NCBI GenBank assembly: GCA_964383705.1
Contig: CAYLHJ010000002.1
Span: forward strand, 1,635-65,634
Reading direction: 5' to 3'
DNA: 64,000 nt
From: an uncultured Candidatus Saccharibacteria bacterium
GTDB taxonomy: Bacteria; Patescibacteriota; Minisyncoccia; Phycocordibacterales; Zambryskibacteraceae
Within the stretch, counting starts at the first letter, position 1, and the number at the start of each line of letters is the position of its first letter. Position numbers and translations under genes: made by a program. Of this stretch, positions 38,220 to 48,653 are shown in pieces. The notes below the pieces were generated by a model. The model saw only the letters and a program-made list of their open reading frames with translations. It ran no database searches and was not told the origin of the DNA.

Positions 38220-39407
38220 ATGGCACGAAATATTGCAGTCGGTATAGATATAGGCACATACCAAATTAAGGTGGTTGTGGCCGAGCGACTACGTGACGAA
38301 AACAAGGATCATCCAAGAATTTTAGGAACCGGTTTTACAGAATCAAAAGGCTTGCGCCATGGTTACATTGTGAATATAAACGAAGTTACAAAGGGACTCA
38401 GAATAGCCCTCGCGCAAGCAGAAAAATCGTCTGGAATTGAAATAAAACGAGCATATGTCTCTGTAGGCGGCATTGGGCTTTCGGGAATAATTTCGGTCGG
38501 ACAAGTAATAATCTCCAGAGCAGACTCAGAAATAACCAAACTAGATACTGAGAAAACTTTAGAGATAGCGAGAGGAGAAATACCGGTGGCATTATCGCAA
38601 AATAGACGCATCATTTACGAAATTCCAGTTCGATACAGAGTAGACGGAAAAGAAGTACTCGGCAATCATCCAATAGGAATGAAGGGATCAAAGCTTGAAG
38701 TTAAAGCATTATTTGTAACCTGTCTTGATCGCCACCTAAAAGATCTTGTTGAGGCGGTTGAAGACGCTGGAGTTGAAGTAATAGATATCGTTGCCTCTCC
38801 AATCGCAGCAAGTTTTGTAACAATATCAAAAGCCCAACGTGTTGCTGGATGTGTATTGGCGAATATTGGCTCTGAAACAATTTCTATCGTCGTTTTTGAA
38901 GACAATAATCCAATTTCACTTGAAGTGTTCCCTATTGGCTCAACAGATATTACCAACGACATAGCTTTAGGCCTGAGAATTCCGCTTGAGGAAGCCGAGA
39001 ATATAAAAATCGGCAGCATCACAGCTGCTAACTATCCAAAAAAGAAACTTGATGAGATTGTCTCAGCTAGACTTTCAGATATGTTTGAGCTTATTGATGC
39101 GCACTTAAAAAAAATGGGTAAAAATGAATTATTACCAGCAGGTATTATAATTACTGGCGGTGGTTCAAATTTGGCAACCCTTGAAGATTTTGCAAAATCT
39201 TCTTTACGTCTTCCATCTCGAATTGCCCACATAAATTTTCCAGAAAGAGAGAAAGGTAAAATTAAAGATTCTTTTTTTGCAGTAGCTCTTGGGCTTTGTA
39301 TGATCGGTTGGAACGACGAAGATGACGGTCCAGCGAAAGTAGTTTTTAAAACCCCAGCAAATATCATCAATTCAGTTAAAAGCTGGCTCCGACCATTTTT
39401 GCCGTAA
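38220..39407 (+). CDS. ftsA: Cell division protein FtsA
   Basis: GIDIGT, GLRHG.I, ANIGSET, ITNDIA, ITGGGS; upstream of ftsZ. Confidence 0.93.
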   Translation: MARNIAVGIDIGTYQIKVVVAERLRDENKDHPRILGTGFTESKGLRHGYIVNINEVTKGLRIALAQAEKSSGIEIKRAYVSVGGIGLSGIISVGQVIISRADSEITKLDTEKTLEIARGEIPVALSQNRRIIYEIPVRYRVDGKEVLGNHPIGMKGSKLEVKALFVTCLDRHLKDLVEAVEDAGVEVIDIVASPIAASFVTISKAQRVAGCVLANIGSETISIVVFEDNNPISLEVFPIGSTDITNDIALGLRIPLEEAENIKIGSITAANYPKKKLDEIVSARLSDMFELIDAHLKKMGKNELLPAGIIITGGGSNLATLEDFAKSSLRLPSRIAHINFPEREKGKIKDSFFAVALGLCMIGWNDEDDGPAKVVFKTPANIINSVKSWLRPFLP

Positions 39408-39573
39408 GCTTTTTATAAAAATAACAATATAATTACTGTTTTTAGTCAAGGAGCTTTTCTTTTTACAACGCTTTGTTATTATGGTTTTACTTATTAGATT
39501 ATATGTCACGAAAGGGCCGTTATAAGATGGAATAGCAGGTCAAATAAAGACCTTAACCCGGTAATTAATCATT

Positions 39574-40737
39574 ATGCCTCAAGTCAAACCAGACGTTGAA
39601 ACCTTTGCAAGAATTAAGGTTATCGGAATTGGTGGTTCAGGAAAAAATGCAGTAAATCATATGATCAACTCCAAAGTGCGCGGAGTAGACTTTATTGCGG
39701 TAAATACTGATGCTCAAGATTTACACCATTCTCTTGCGAAGAAAAAAATCCACATTGGAAAAAACTTAACTCGTGGACTAGGTACGGGTATGAACCCTGA
39801 ATTGGGAAAACGTGCGGCGGAAGAAACAAAGGAAGAAATCCAAGAAGCAATCAAGGGGGCTGATATGGTATTTATTGCCTGCGGTATGGGTGGCGGAACA
39901 GGAACCGGAGCAGCCCCATCAATTGCAAAAACTTCTAAAGAATCCGGTTGCCTCACTGTCGCCGTTGTTTCCAAGCCATTTTTCTTCGAAGGTCTCCAGA
40001 GAATGCGCATCGCCGAACAAGGTATTGACGAGCTTAAACAATCAGTGGACGCAATTATTATTATTCCAAATGATCGTCTTTTCTCTACGATTGATAAAGA
40101 CACTACGGCAAAAAATGCATTCGCTATGTGCGACGATATCTTGCGCCGAGCAGTTGAAGGAATCTCTGATCTCGTAACTACTCCAGGTCTTATTAATATT
40201 GATTTTGCTGATATCAGAGCAGTAATGGAAAATGCTGGCCCAGCCCTTATGGGTATCGGATATGCTTCGGGAGATAAAAGAGCCGAGGAGGCGGCAAAAC
40301 TGGCTATCAATTCCCCACTCTTGGAAGTATCTATTTCTGGAGCTCGTGGAGTACTATTCTCCATCGCTGGCGGTGATGATCTTACAATGTTTGAAATCCA
40401 AGATGCTGCAAAGACGATAACTGAATCTGTTGATCAAAATGCCAAAATCATATTTGGAACAGTTCGTGATGATAAATTAAAGAAAGGGGAAATAAAAATC
40501 ACAGTTATTGCGTCTGGTTTTCCTGAATCTTTGGTAAAAAAATCACTATTCCAACAGGAAGGAATAAATGATGAAAAAAAGGGAAAAATATTTAACGCAG
40601 TTCCTTCTTTCTCTGGCCACAAAGACATAAAACCGGAAGATAAAAGATCTGATTCCCCAAATACACCGACAAATGATAATGATGAAGATGATTGGGGTGC
40701 GGTGCCGGCATTCTTGAGACGATCAAAGCTTAAGTAA
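39574..40737 (+). CDS. ftsZ: Cell division protein FtsZ
   Basis: GMGGGTGTG, INIDFAD, C-terminal VPAFLRR. Confidence 0.97.
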   Translation: MPQVKPDVETFARIKVIGIGGSGKNAVNHMINSKVRGVDFIAVNTDAQDLHHSLAKKKIHIGKNLTRGLGTGMNPELGKRAAEETKEEIQEAIKGADMVFIACGMGGGTGTGAAPSIAKTSKESGCLTVAVVSKPFFFEGLQRMRIAEQGIDELKQSVDAIIIIPNDRLFSTIDKDTTAKNAFAMCDDILRRAVEGISDLVTTPGLINIDFADIRAVMENAGPALMGIGYASGDKRAEEAAKLAINSPLLEVSISGARGVLFSIAGGDDLTMFEIQDAAKTITESVDQNAKIIFGTVRDDKLKKGEIKITVIASGFPESLVKKSLFQQEGINDEKKGKIFNAVPSFSGHKDIKPEDKRSDSPNTPTNDNDEDDWGAVPAFLRRSKLK

Positions 40738-40780
40738 AATAAACAAAAATTCCCACAATAAATGGGAATTTTTGTTTATT
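40738..40780 (+). terminator. Intrinsic terminator
   Basis: AATAAACAAAAATTCCCA-7 nt-TGGGAATTTTTGTTTATT. Confidence 0.75.
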
Positions 40781-40809
40781 AGTTGGCGATATAGTAGTAT
40801 AAGAAAATT

Positions 40810-41733
40810 ATGACATACGACTTAGCAATATTGGGCGGAGGACCGGCCGGAGTATCAGCCGGTGTTTATGCTTCCAGAAAACAATTAAAAACAGTTCTTA
40901 TAACTGAAAGCTTTGGTGGACAAAGCGTGGAATCATCTGGTATTGAAAACTGGATTGGAACTATAAAAATCCCTGGACCAGAATTGGCAGAAAATCTAAA
41001 AAAGCACTTATTGGCTTATGCTCAAGATGTCGTATCTGTTCGAGAAGGTGAACGCATAACAGATGTCTCTAAACAGAACGATATATTCATAGTAAAGACC
41101 GATAAAGGAACTTACGAAGCAAGAACCGTACTTGTAACCACCGGAAGTTCAAGAAGGAAATTAGAGATACCTGGGGCTTCCGAATTTGAAAATAGAGGTA
41201 TAACTTATTGTGCTTCTTGCGACGGACCACTGTTTTCAGGAAAAGACGTGGTAGTAATTGGTGGAGGAAATGCGGGATTTGAGACTGCCGCCCAACTTCT
41301 TGCTTATGCAAAAAGCGTAACTCTCCTTAATCGAAGTGGAGAATTTAAGGCAGATCCAGTAACGGTAAAAAATGTGCTAGCAAAAAGCAATATGAAAGCA
41401 ATCATGAATGCTACTCCACTTGAAGTAAAAGGAGATACATTTGTAACATCCTTAACTTATGAAGATGCTCTGACAAAAGAGAAGATTGAACTGCCAGCTC
41501 AAGGTATATTTGTAGAAATTGGGCTTATACCATCAACGGATTACATAAAAAATCTCGCCCCAACAAATCAATACGGCCAAATTATCATTGACCCAAAAAC
41601 ACAGAAAACAAATACCCCTGGCATCTGGGCCGCTGGTGATTGTGCCGAAGGTTTGTATCACCAGAACAATATTGCAGCGGGTGATGCCGTTCGGGCACTT
41701 GAGGATATCTATCTCTCTCTCCACGCAAAATAA
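40810..41733 (+). CDS. trxB: Thioredoxin reductase / AhpF C-terminal-like FAD oxidoreductase
   Basis: GGGPAG, YCASCDG, GGGNAG, AAGD. Confidence 0.88.
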   Translation: MTYDLAILGGGPAGVSAGVYASRKQLKTVLITESFGGQSVESSGIENWIGTIKIPGPELAENLKKHLLAYAQDVVSVREGERITDVSKQNDIFIVKTDKGTYEARTVLVTTGSSRRKLEIPGASEFENRGITYCASCDGPLFSGKDVVVIGGGNAGFETAAQLLAYAKSVTLLNRSGEFKADPVTVKNVLAKSNMKAIMNATPLEVKGDTFVTSLTYEDALTKEKIELPAQGIFVEIGLIPSTDYIKNLAPTNQYGQIIIDPKTQKTNTPGIWAAGDCAEGLYHQNNIAAGDAVRALEDIYLSLHAK

Positions 41734-41748
41734 AACTCAAAAGCTATA

Positions 41749-42816
41749 TCAAACAATCAATATTTCTGAGAATAAGCTCGCCCTATACACATAGGTCAAT
41801 ATGATAATGAGAGCAAGCAAACCAATTCCATATAGTATATGTTGTGTATGTTGCTTTCTAACCTCAATGATTATCATAAGAATAAGAGACAAGAGAACAA
41901 AGGCCCCAAGAAATATATAAAGATAACCAATTGTCATTTTTGGACTCGTTATTATGCGGCCAATTAATGATATAAATTTTTGCTTCTGAGTTACCTTATC
42001 TGAATATATCGGCTGGATTGATTCACCGCCGTCTTGAAGCTCAATATAAGTCTCCGCTTGACCTAATACGCTGAAACCATTTGATTTTTCTGAAAGCGTG
42101 GTAGTACTTGTGGTGCTCACATTAGCACTCTTGGCCGGCAGAGTGGTGCTAGAGTAATTAGCATTAGTCTGAACAATCTGGTTTTGATTAATATCTTTTT
42201 TGTCGTTTGTAATTTCTGTTACCGGATCGGGCAATTGAGATGCCAGTCTTGATTGCTCTTGTGGTTTACCAAACATTTGAACAACAAAAACAGTTTCATA
42301 ACCTTTGTAGAAACCTCTTGCGGTCGCCACACCAATTTCCGTAAATTTACTATTTAATATATTTGCACGATGTCCTGCGGAATTCATCCAAGCGTCATCT
42401 ACTTCTTCTGAATCAGAGAAATTTACTGCAAGATTCTCACCCGCATACACAAAGTCATAACCGACATCTTCAAACCAGTACCACGGAGTTTTGCCATCCG
42501 GAGATGTGTGAGCAAAATAACCCTTAGTAGCCATGTCATTCGCTTTTCTTTGGGCCGCAAGTTCAAGAATTGGATTGATTGTCAAATTTCCAATTTTATT
42601 TTCTGTCCTATTTTCATTAGCAAGACTTACGATGGTGCCAGATATCACAGCGCTCAATAAACTGCTGTTTTGGATTAGCGCGACATTCATCGTACCTATA
42701 AAAAAAAGAAAAAGGGCTAAGGAAGAAATGACCGCCAAAGAGGCCTCACGCATGATGTGTGGCTTATACTCATTCTTTTCATTTGGAATAAAATACTTTT
42801 TCAAGGCCCCTATCAT
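41749..42816 (-). CDS. CAP/SCP domain protein with N- and C-terminal TM segments
   Basis: YFAHTSPDG, AGENLA, WMNSAGHRANIL. Confidence 0.9.
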   Translation of the reverse strand: MIGALKKYFIPNEKNEYKPHIMREASLAVISSLALFLFFIGTMNVALIQNSSLLSAVISGTIVSLANENRTENKIGNLTINPILELAAQRKANDMATKGYFAHTSPDGKTPWYWFEDVGYDFVYAGENLAVNFSDSEEVDDAWMNSAGHRANILNSKFTEIGVATARGFYKGYETVFVVQMFGKPQEQSRLASQLPDPVTEITNDKKDINQNQIVQTNANYSSTTLPAKSANVSTTSTTTLSEKSNGFSVLGQAETYIELQDGGESIQPIYSDKVTQKQKFISLIGRIITSPKMTIGYLYIFLGAFVLLSLILMIIIEVRKQHTQHILYGIGLLALIIILTYVYRASLFSEILIV

Positions 42817-42849
42817 TAAAACCAATTATATCACATTTATTCAAATATT

Positions 42850-43458
42850 TCAATATCCAACCACTCTTTCCGTAAAAATGACTAAACGCTCGCTATACAT
42901 CTTTTTTTCCGGAATCCAGATACCATCACATGTTATCAAATTAAGCCTGCTTTCAGAAGATTGTCCGAATATATCCAAAAGTGGAGGATTTAGGTAATCT
43001 ACAAGTCTAATCTCCTTAACGGCAAAGACCACTTTCTCTCCATTGGCATTCTCTGCAATAATTTCATCGCCAATATTTATATCTCTCAAATTATGAAACA
43101 CCGCAGGCTTCCCTTTTCCATCGTCCAAGTGGCCAGCAAGAACCGAATTGCCTATTTGCCCAGGGGTAGGACCGTATTTATACCAGCCAACATCTTCAAA
43201 TCTCTCTGGCACCGCCATATTACCACTTTCAGTTTTACCAACCGAAATCACCGCAGCATCTATACCTAAATTAGGAATAACGATTCGAGTCGGAGCAGAG
43301 GAAGAAACAACCCCGCTATAGACGCTGGCCGGAACTGGCACAACGACCGATCTCTGATCTAAAAAAGGAATCAGAAAGAAAATAATGCCAATAAAAAAGA
43401 GGAGAATAATGGTAAAAATGATTCTGTTCTTAGTGGAATTTAAATCCAAATGAATCAT
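42850..43458 (-). CDS. Class F sortase
   Basis: TM; VGWY..GPTPG..G.SVLAGHLD, LNLITCDG, ERLVI (His/Cys/Arg triad). Confidence 0.9.
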   Translation of the reverse strand: MIHLDLNSTKNRIIFTIILLFFIGIIFFLIPFLDQRSVVVPVPASVYSGVVSSSAPTRIVIPNLGIDAAVISVGKTESGNMAVPERFEDVGWYKYGPTPGQIGNSVLAGHLDDGKGKPAVFHNLRDINIGDEIIAENANGEKVVFAVKEIRLVDYLNPPLLDIFGQSSESRLNLITCDGIWIPEKKMYSERLVIFTERVVGY

Positions 43459-44066
43459 GTAAGCATTGCTATATACAATTTCATCAGTCTAATAATCTCC
43501 AATATAATTTTCTCTCTTTGGGCAAATTCATCCTGAATTTGAGCAGTTACCGGAGTTTGTTTAATAAAAAGGCTGGAAGGAGATTCTTCTTCTGTGGGCA
43601 ATCCGAAATAAACCACGATATATTGTCCAACTTTTCCATTGTGTTTACCAGGCTCCGCCCCTACTCCTATCTCTGTATAAACACTATTTAGGATGTTTGC
43701 CTTGTGTTTTGATGATTTTATCCAATTTTTTAAAACCTCCTTTGGTGAAGATAAATCTACTGCCAAATTTTCCCCCGCCAATTTATATTGATAGCCGACT
43801 TTTGCAAGTGAAGGCCAAGGTTTATCTTTTGCTGATTTAATGTGCACAAGGTAACCAAGCGAAACAAGCTCTTTGGCCCTATCTTGAGCGGCCATAGATA
43901 GTAAAGAATTCTCTAAAAGAGCACTTTTACCTTGAAGTTCCCTGTATTTATTTATTTCTGTAATTAAGCCATTAATATCAAATTGACCAGACGCAAAGCT
44001 CGTCACATAAAATGATAAAAAAAACAAAACAAAACAAGTAATCCCAACCAGAGGTTTTATCGCCAT
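43455..44066 (-). CDS. Secreted CAP/SCP domain protein
   Basis: AGENLA, WIKSSKHKANILN..YTEIGVG. Confidence 0.88.
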   Translation of the reverse strand: MAIKPLVGITCFVLFFLSFYVTSFASGQFDINGLITEINKYRELQGKSALLENSLLSMAAQDRAKELVSLGYLVHIKSAKDKPWPSLAKVGYQYKLAGENLAVDLSSPKEVLKNWIKSSKHKANILNSVYTEIGVGAEPGKHNGKVGQYIVVYFGLPTEEESPSSLFIKQTPVTAQIQDEFAQREKIILEIIRLMKLYIAMLT

Positions 44067-44126
44067 ACATTTATTATACCAATACAAGCAACAACCATGC
44101 GATTGTTATTTGTCTTAGATATAAAT

Positions 44127-47100
44127 TTAATTAGTCTTTCTTTTCTTTGAAACAGAAGCGGAAACCAAGTTCAAACCCATAATAGATAGAGTCAGTGAAA
44201 TCAAAGCCATGAATGTTGAGAATGACTTTTTGTTGTCTGCAAAATTGATTGGACCATTCCCCGCATTTGGCAAACCTGGGAGCTCCGAAGTTGCACCCAA
44301 AACTTCCCCTAAAGGACTTATGCCGCCGGCGCCACCGCCACTTCCACCACTACTTCCACTGCTACCCCCACCACCCCCATTATTTCCACTACTACCACTA
44401 CTACGACGTGATGAAGGTGAAGGTGGATCATCATCACTTGTATCAACATTAGTTACAATTATCTCTTCTTCTGAAGAATCATCATCGTTTGAATTCACCA
44501 CATCAAATTTCTCTATAGACTCATCAATAGAAACTTCACCAAGACCAGAGATATTTTCCCAACCATCTTGCATAATTTCATCTAGAACATAATCTCCAAA
44601 TGGAACATCTTCAAATGTTACGCAACCATTGTCTCCTGTAACACCGCTATATCCTTCATAAATGTCAACTAACAAACTACCGGAATTATCTGCAAACCAA
44701 GATGGGTTTTGAACATTGTTTTCTCCATCAAATATGCCGAAGTTAACGGGGCCATCTGAAAGCGGAGTGAATGACTGCCAATAACTGTGATCACCCTTAT
44801 ACCCGCCCCAGAAACTAAACTGGCCTTGAATTCTTAAATCCAACACATCATCTGACTGCGAGAAGCCCGGATATACTTCTAGCGGTGATACCCAATTATC
44901 TACAGTAGAATATTCTGCATCTGCTGGATTATTTCCTCCTTGATTTGTCCATGTCCCGATTGCATTAGCTAAATACGAAGTTCCGGAAAGGAGAGCTACC
45001 GAATCTGCTCCAGCAACTAGACTAGAATCAACTGATAAATCGTTCTGAACTTCTTCCCCTCGGAGCATTATTGTCCATCCAGAAAGAAGGTTTTCTTCTG
45101 AAATTTCATCATCGTATTTACATACGGTTACACCAGCAATTTCTGGATCAGGTTCACCATCTCCCGGATCATTTGGTTCTTCTGGCTCACATGCACCAGA
45201 GCTAATTCCCAAAGTTACTGAAGATGAGGCGCTAATTTCACCATCCTCGCCATATGAGGCGCTAGCATTTGCTGTGTTTTTTACGTCACAAATATTTGGC
45301 ACCTTATGAAACACTCTAACAGCATCGACATCATAACCGTCTGCTGTTGTTTCAAATAAACTTTTATTAGATGACTCTGAAAGACGAATCTTGTCTGATG
45401 TGGAGAGAGAACCTAAATCAACTTCACCATCGCGATCAACAATACCTAGATCAACCCAGTTAGATCCATCCCAAGCCTCAACTTTTACCGATTCTGTTGG
45501 ATATGTTCCGCCCGTAGTCTCATAAACCTTAATATCATTTCCAACACCATTCCATACTGGATTATCAAAGGTAACAACAATATTTCCATTATCAAACCCT
45601 AAAGCAAAGAAAGAGTTCGGGACAACAACATCAGAAGCGCTTCCATTTGTTTGAGCTACACCTAATATATAGCTTGGATCAGATCGTTCTGGTAAAACAT
45701 TTGTTCCATCTTTCCTTTTCCCTTGATTATTATCTGAAGTACCACTAGCCCATTCATTCATTGATAAGGCGGCGTCTAGAGTTACTTCAAAAGATAGTGA
45801 CCCGTTTGCTCCAGCACTCTTTGATCCAAGATTCCATGTTACAGTCCCTGGTAGAAGGCCATCATGTACTCCGCCATCTGTCGCAGAATCAACGACATAT
45901 GTTGTGCCAGTCGGTAAGTTGTCAGTAATAACTAAATTATCTACATCATCATCGGAAACTTTCCAATCAATGGTAAAAGTAATTTTACCAGTGCTTGTAG
46001 CAAATGTTGCACTCTTTGAGAGCTCTAGGGAAGGAAGATCGGGGCAAGTTTCATTCTCAACTATAATATATCTATCTTGTTCTAAATTCTCAAAATTTGG
46101 TGATTGAGATAGTAGGTCGTTAGCCTTAGCATCAGCAAAACTTCCACCAACTCTGTACCCCAAAAGTCTATACTCGCCAGGAGAACATTCTCCACCAATT
46201 GGAATAACCCTACCGTCATCTGTTATTTCATTCGTTGAATAGTCAGCTGGAGCGTTCATAACGGCTGTATTTGCTTCATATGGGTCACCATTAAATCCAG
46301 TTGCATTTAACCCATAGAAACCACTGCCATTATTTCCAGGATAGACTACATCCCCAACTTTGACTTCAGGCCAATTCCAACTTGATTGCATTGGAAAATC
46401 ATAATCATTGGCAGATTCAGAAGTTGCATGTTCACCATCTAAGTATTTTGCTATATGAACAACAACAGTATTTCTCTCTTCGGGAGGAGGAGGTGGTGGT
46501 TCACCACAATCTTTACCATTCCATGAAAGAGCAAACATTAGGCCTGCTGGATTGGATTCTGGACTACTTCCATCAACTCCTTTATTAGTTGCCTCAATTT
46601 TTATTTCATTTGACCCACTTACGAGCAAACTAGATACATCGTAGGAATCTTGAGTGCCTATTTGAAAATTATTCTCATCAACAAGTTCTGCTCCAACCTG
46701 AATTCCATTTACCCAAACAGTGTAGAAATTATCTGCCGCAACATTTAATGTGCCACCTATTGGCGTTCCAGGGATGTTAAAGTTTTTTATAAATGTTTTT
46801 GTAGTATCTACCAAAGTGTCTGCTGGCAAGACTGGATTTTCAGACCAAATCCACTTTGCACTATCACTACTTCCATCTACATCAGCATCCCATGCTGGGT
46901 GCGTAGGCGACAAAACGACAGCAAAAGTGTCTGGGGTATCACCTGGATTATCTAGTTTGGTATCGTTATTACTTACTACCAAACCATCTATAGGATCACA
47001 TTCTTCTTTTTCTTCTTTACATTGCACGCTTACATTGTCGAGGAATGTTCCAACAGAGTTGCCAGTTCCACGATCCTCAAATTGGATACGGGAAAGAGAA

Positions 47101-48407
47101 TCATTTGCAACAACCGTTTTTGAATATTCTGTCCATTCCGTTTGAGAATCAGTGCTATTCAAAGAAAATGGTGAACCATTAACATCTGTCCCTTCCCAAG
47201 TAACTCCAAGAATATTTTGGGTATCATTTTCTCCAGGTCGAGGTGAAAAAGCGAATTTTATTTCATATTCACGACCAGGAACAGTAGGAATATCTTGATA
47301 AATTTTTGTTGAAGCCGGCTCTCCGCTTGTATCCCCATCTGGGCCTTCCCAGTCACCGTCTAATTCAGTATGTTGCAAACCGTCAAAAGAGAGCCAACCA
47401 TTAACATTCCTATGAAGTTCGAGGCTTGCTAATTCTGGCTGATTATCCCCACCAAATGGTCCTTCTGTATTCATCCATTCAACGGCCCAATCAAGATTAG
47501 AAGTCCCATTGTCAAAATTATCCCATAGTGCTCCGTGTGTAACTTCAGGGTTTTCGAAACTGCCATTCTTTATGAGTTCCTCTCCTGGAACGCATTGGGT
47601 TGGTTCCGGTTCAGGATCACGGGGAGCATTTTCTTCACACCAAGCGTCTCTAGTTTCTTTTTCTTCAGCATCTTCCCCTTCATAAGGAAAATCGCCGTGG
47701 TCCTCATGTTCATTCCAAGCACTTTCATTTATTTTAATTGCTTCCCATGGGTTTTCTTCTGAACCAGTAGCGTGACAAATATTTATTTTTTTCTCTTCAG
47801 ATTCTCTTTTTGTGCCCGTTACTTGGACATTATCAACTCTGGCGCCGCTCTTACTTGAATATGTTTTACCATCAAATTTTATAACAACAGAATCGTCAGA
47901 AAGTTCTGTCGGAAGAGCAAAAGTGACCTCAGGACTCCACACCGTTACATTCTTTATATGATATTCACCTAATTGTGTATATGAGGCATCAGTAGCTTTT
48001 TTCCAATAGACAATAAGTCGATCTGTAGATTCAACTTTATCGCCCGAATCTCCGCGCCACTTGAATGTCAACTGTATATTTTTGTATCCAGACACATTAA
48101 CAGAGTGAGAAATGGAAGCATTCTCTGTAAGACGAGCATTGGCACCAACAAGAGGAGAATTAACATCCTTGCGAGCAAAACTGGCGTTTCCTTCAATCTC
48201 CACCCAACCATTTCCAACATTGTCATTGTTTACAGCACCAAATGATTCTGAAAATAATACACTTGGAGATAAAGCTATCGCCTCCTTGACCGCAATGAGG
48301 CCTGGGCCAAATGCCTGAATGATCATCAAGAGAGACAATGCAATACTAGTAGCTGGACGAGCTTTCTTGAAAAGGAGTTTTGAGATTTTTTTTCTTTTAT
48401 AAATCAT
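44127..48407 (-). CDS. Large acidic multidomain cell-surface protein (carbohydrate-binding-like jelly rolls, DUF11/CnaB-like Ig domains, LPNAG sorting signal)
   Basis: Signal peptide; NGSFE, ITDNLPTGTTYV, VTFEDVPFGDYVLDE; Gly/Ser linker, LPNAG + TM + KKRK. Confidence 0.8.
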   Translation of the reverse strand: MIYKRKKISKLLFKKARPATSIALSLLMIIQAFGPGLIAVKEAIALSPSVLFSESFGAVNNDNVGNGWVEIEGNASFARKDVNSPLVGANARLTENASISHSVNVSGYKNIQLTFKWRGDSGDKVESTDRLIVYWKKATDASYTQLGEYHIKNVTVWSPEVTFALPTELSDDSVVIKFDGKTYSSKSGARVDNVQVTGTKRESEEKKINICHATGSEENPWEAIKINESAWNEHEDHGDFPYEGEDAEEKETRDAWCEENAPRDPEPEPTQCVPGEELIKNGSFENPEVTHGALWDNFDNGTSNLDWAVEWMNTEGPFGGDNQPELASLELHRNVNGWLSFDGLQHTELDGDWEGPDGDTSGEPASTKIYQDIPTVPGREYEIKFAFSPRPGENDTQNILGVTWEGTDVNGSPFSLNSTDSQTEWTEYSKTVVANDSLSRIQFEDRGTGNSVGTFLDNVSVQCKEEKEECDPIDGLVVSNNDTKLDNPGDTPDTFAVVLSPTHPAWDADVDGSSDSAKWIWSENPVLPADTLVDTTKTFIKNFNIPGTPIGGTLNVAADNFYTVWVNGIQVGAELVDENNFQIGTQDSYDVSSLLVSGSNEIKIEATNKGVDGSSPESNPAGLMFALSWNGKDCGEPPPPPPEERNTVVVHIAKYLDGEHATSESANDYDFPMQSSWNWPEVKVGDVVYPGNNGSGFYGLNATGFNGDPYEANTAVMNAPADYSTNEITDDGRVIPIGGECSPGEYRLLGYRVGGSFADAKANDLLSQSPNFENLEQDRYIIVENETCPDLPSLELSKSATFATSTGKITFTIDWKVSDDDVDNLVITDNLPTGTTYVVDSATDGGVHDGLLPGTVTWNLGSKSAGANGSLSFEVTLDAALSMNEWASGTSDNNQGKRKDGTNVLPERSDPSYILGVAQTNGSASDVVVPNSFFALGFDNGNIVVTFDNPVWNGVGNDIKVYETTGGTYPTESVKVEAWDGSNWVDLGIVDRDGEVDLGSLSTSDKIRLSESSNKSLFETTADGYDVDAVRVFHKVPNICDVKNTANASASYGEDGEISASSSVTLGISSGACEPEEPNDPGDGEPDPEIAGVTVCKYDDEISEENLLSGWTIMLRGEEVQNDLSVDSSLVAGADSVALLSGTSYLANAIGTWTNQGGNNPADAEYSTVDNWVSPLEVYPGFSQSDDVLDLRIQGQFSFWGGYKGDHSYWQSFTPLSDGPVNFGIFDGENNVQNPSWFADNSGSLLVDIYEGYSGVTGDNGCVTFEDVPFGDYVLDEIMQDGWENISGLGEVSIDESIEKFDVVNSNDDDSSEEEIIVTNVDTSDDDPPSPSSRRSSGSSGNNGGGGGSSGSSGGSGGGAGGISPLGEVLGATSELPGLPNAGNGPINFADNKKSFSTFMALISLTLSIMGLNLVSASVSKKRKTN

Positions 48408-48606
48408 ATTAGTAATTATTAATAATGTTAATAAAATAAACCACACACCAAAAATCTTTATTCGGCTTGAAAAATAATATGGTCAACAGAGACATTTTGC
48501 CCCTCACGCAAATAGCTCGCAATCATCAAATTTCTGGCAAAAGAATACCATATTTAGGGCAAAATATCAATTATAAAAACAAAGAAAAAGGGGATAAAAA
48601 GTGAAC

Positions 48607-48638
48607 AAAAAAAGAGGGGCAGCGTTAAGCTACCCCTC
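48607..48638 (-). terminator. Intrinsic terminator
   Basis: Minus strand GAGGGGTAGC-TTAAC-GCTGCCCCTC-TTTTTTT. Confidence 0.8.
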
Positions 48639-48653
48639 ACCCTGACTCAAGCC

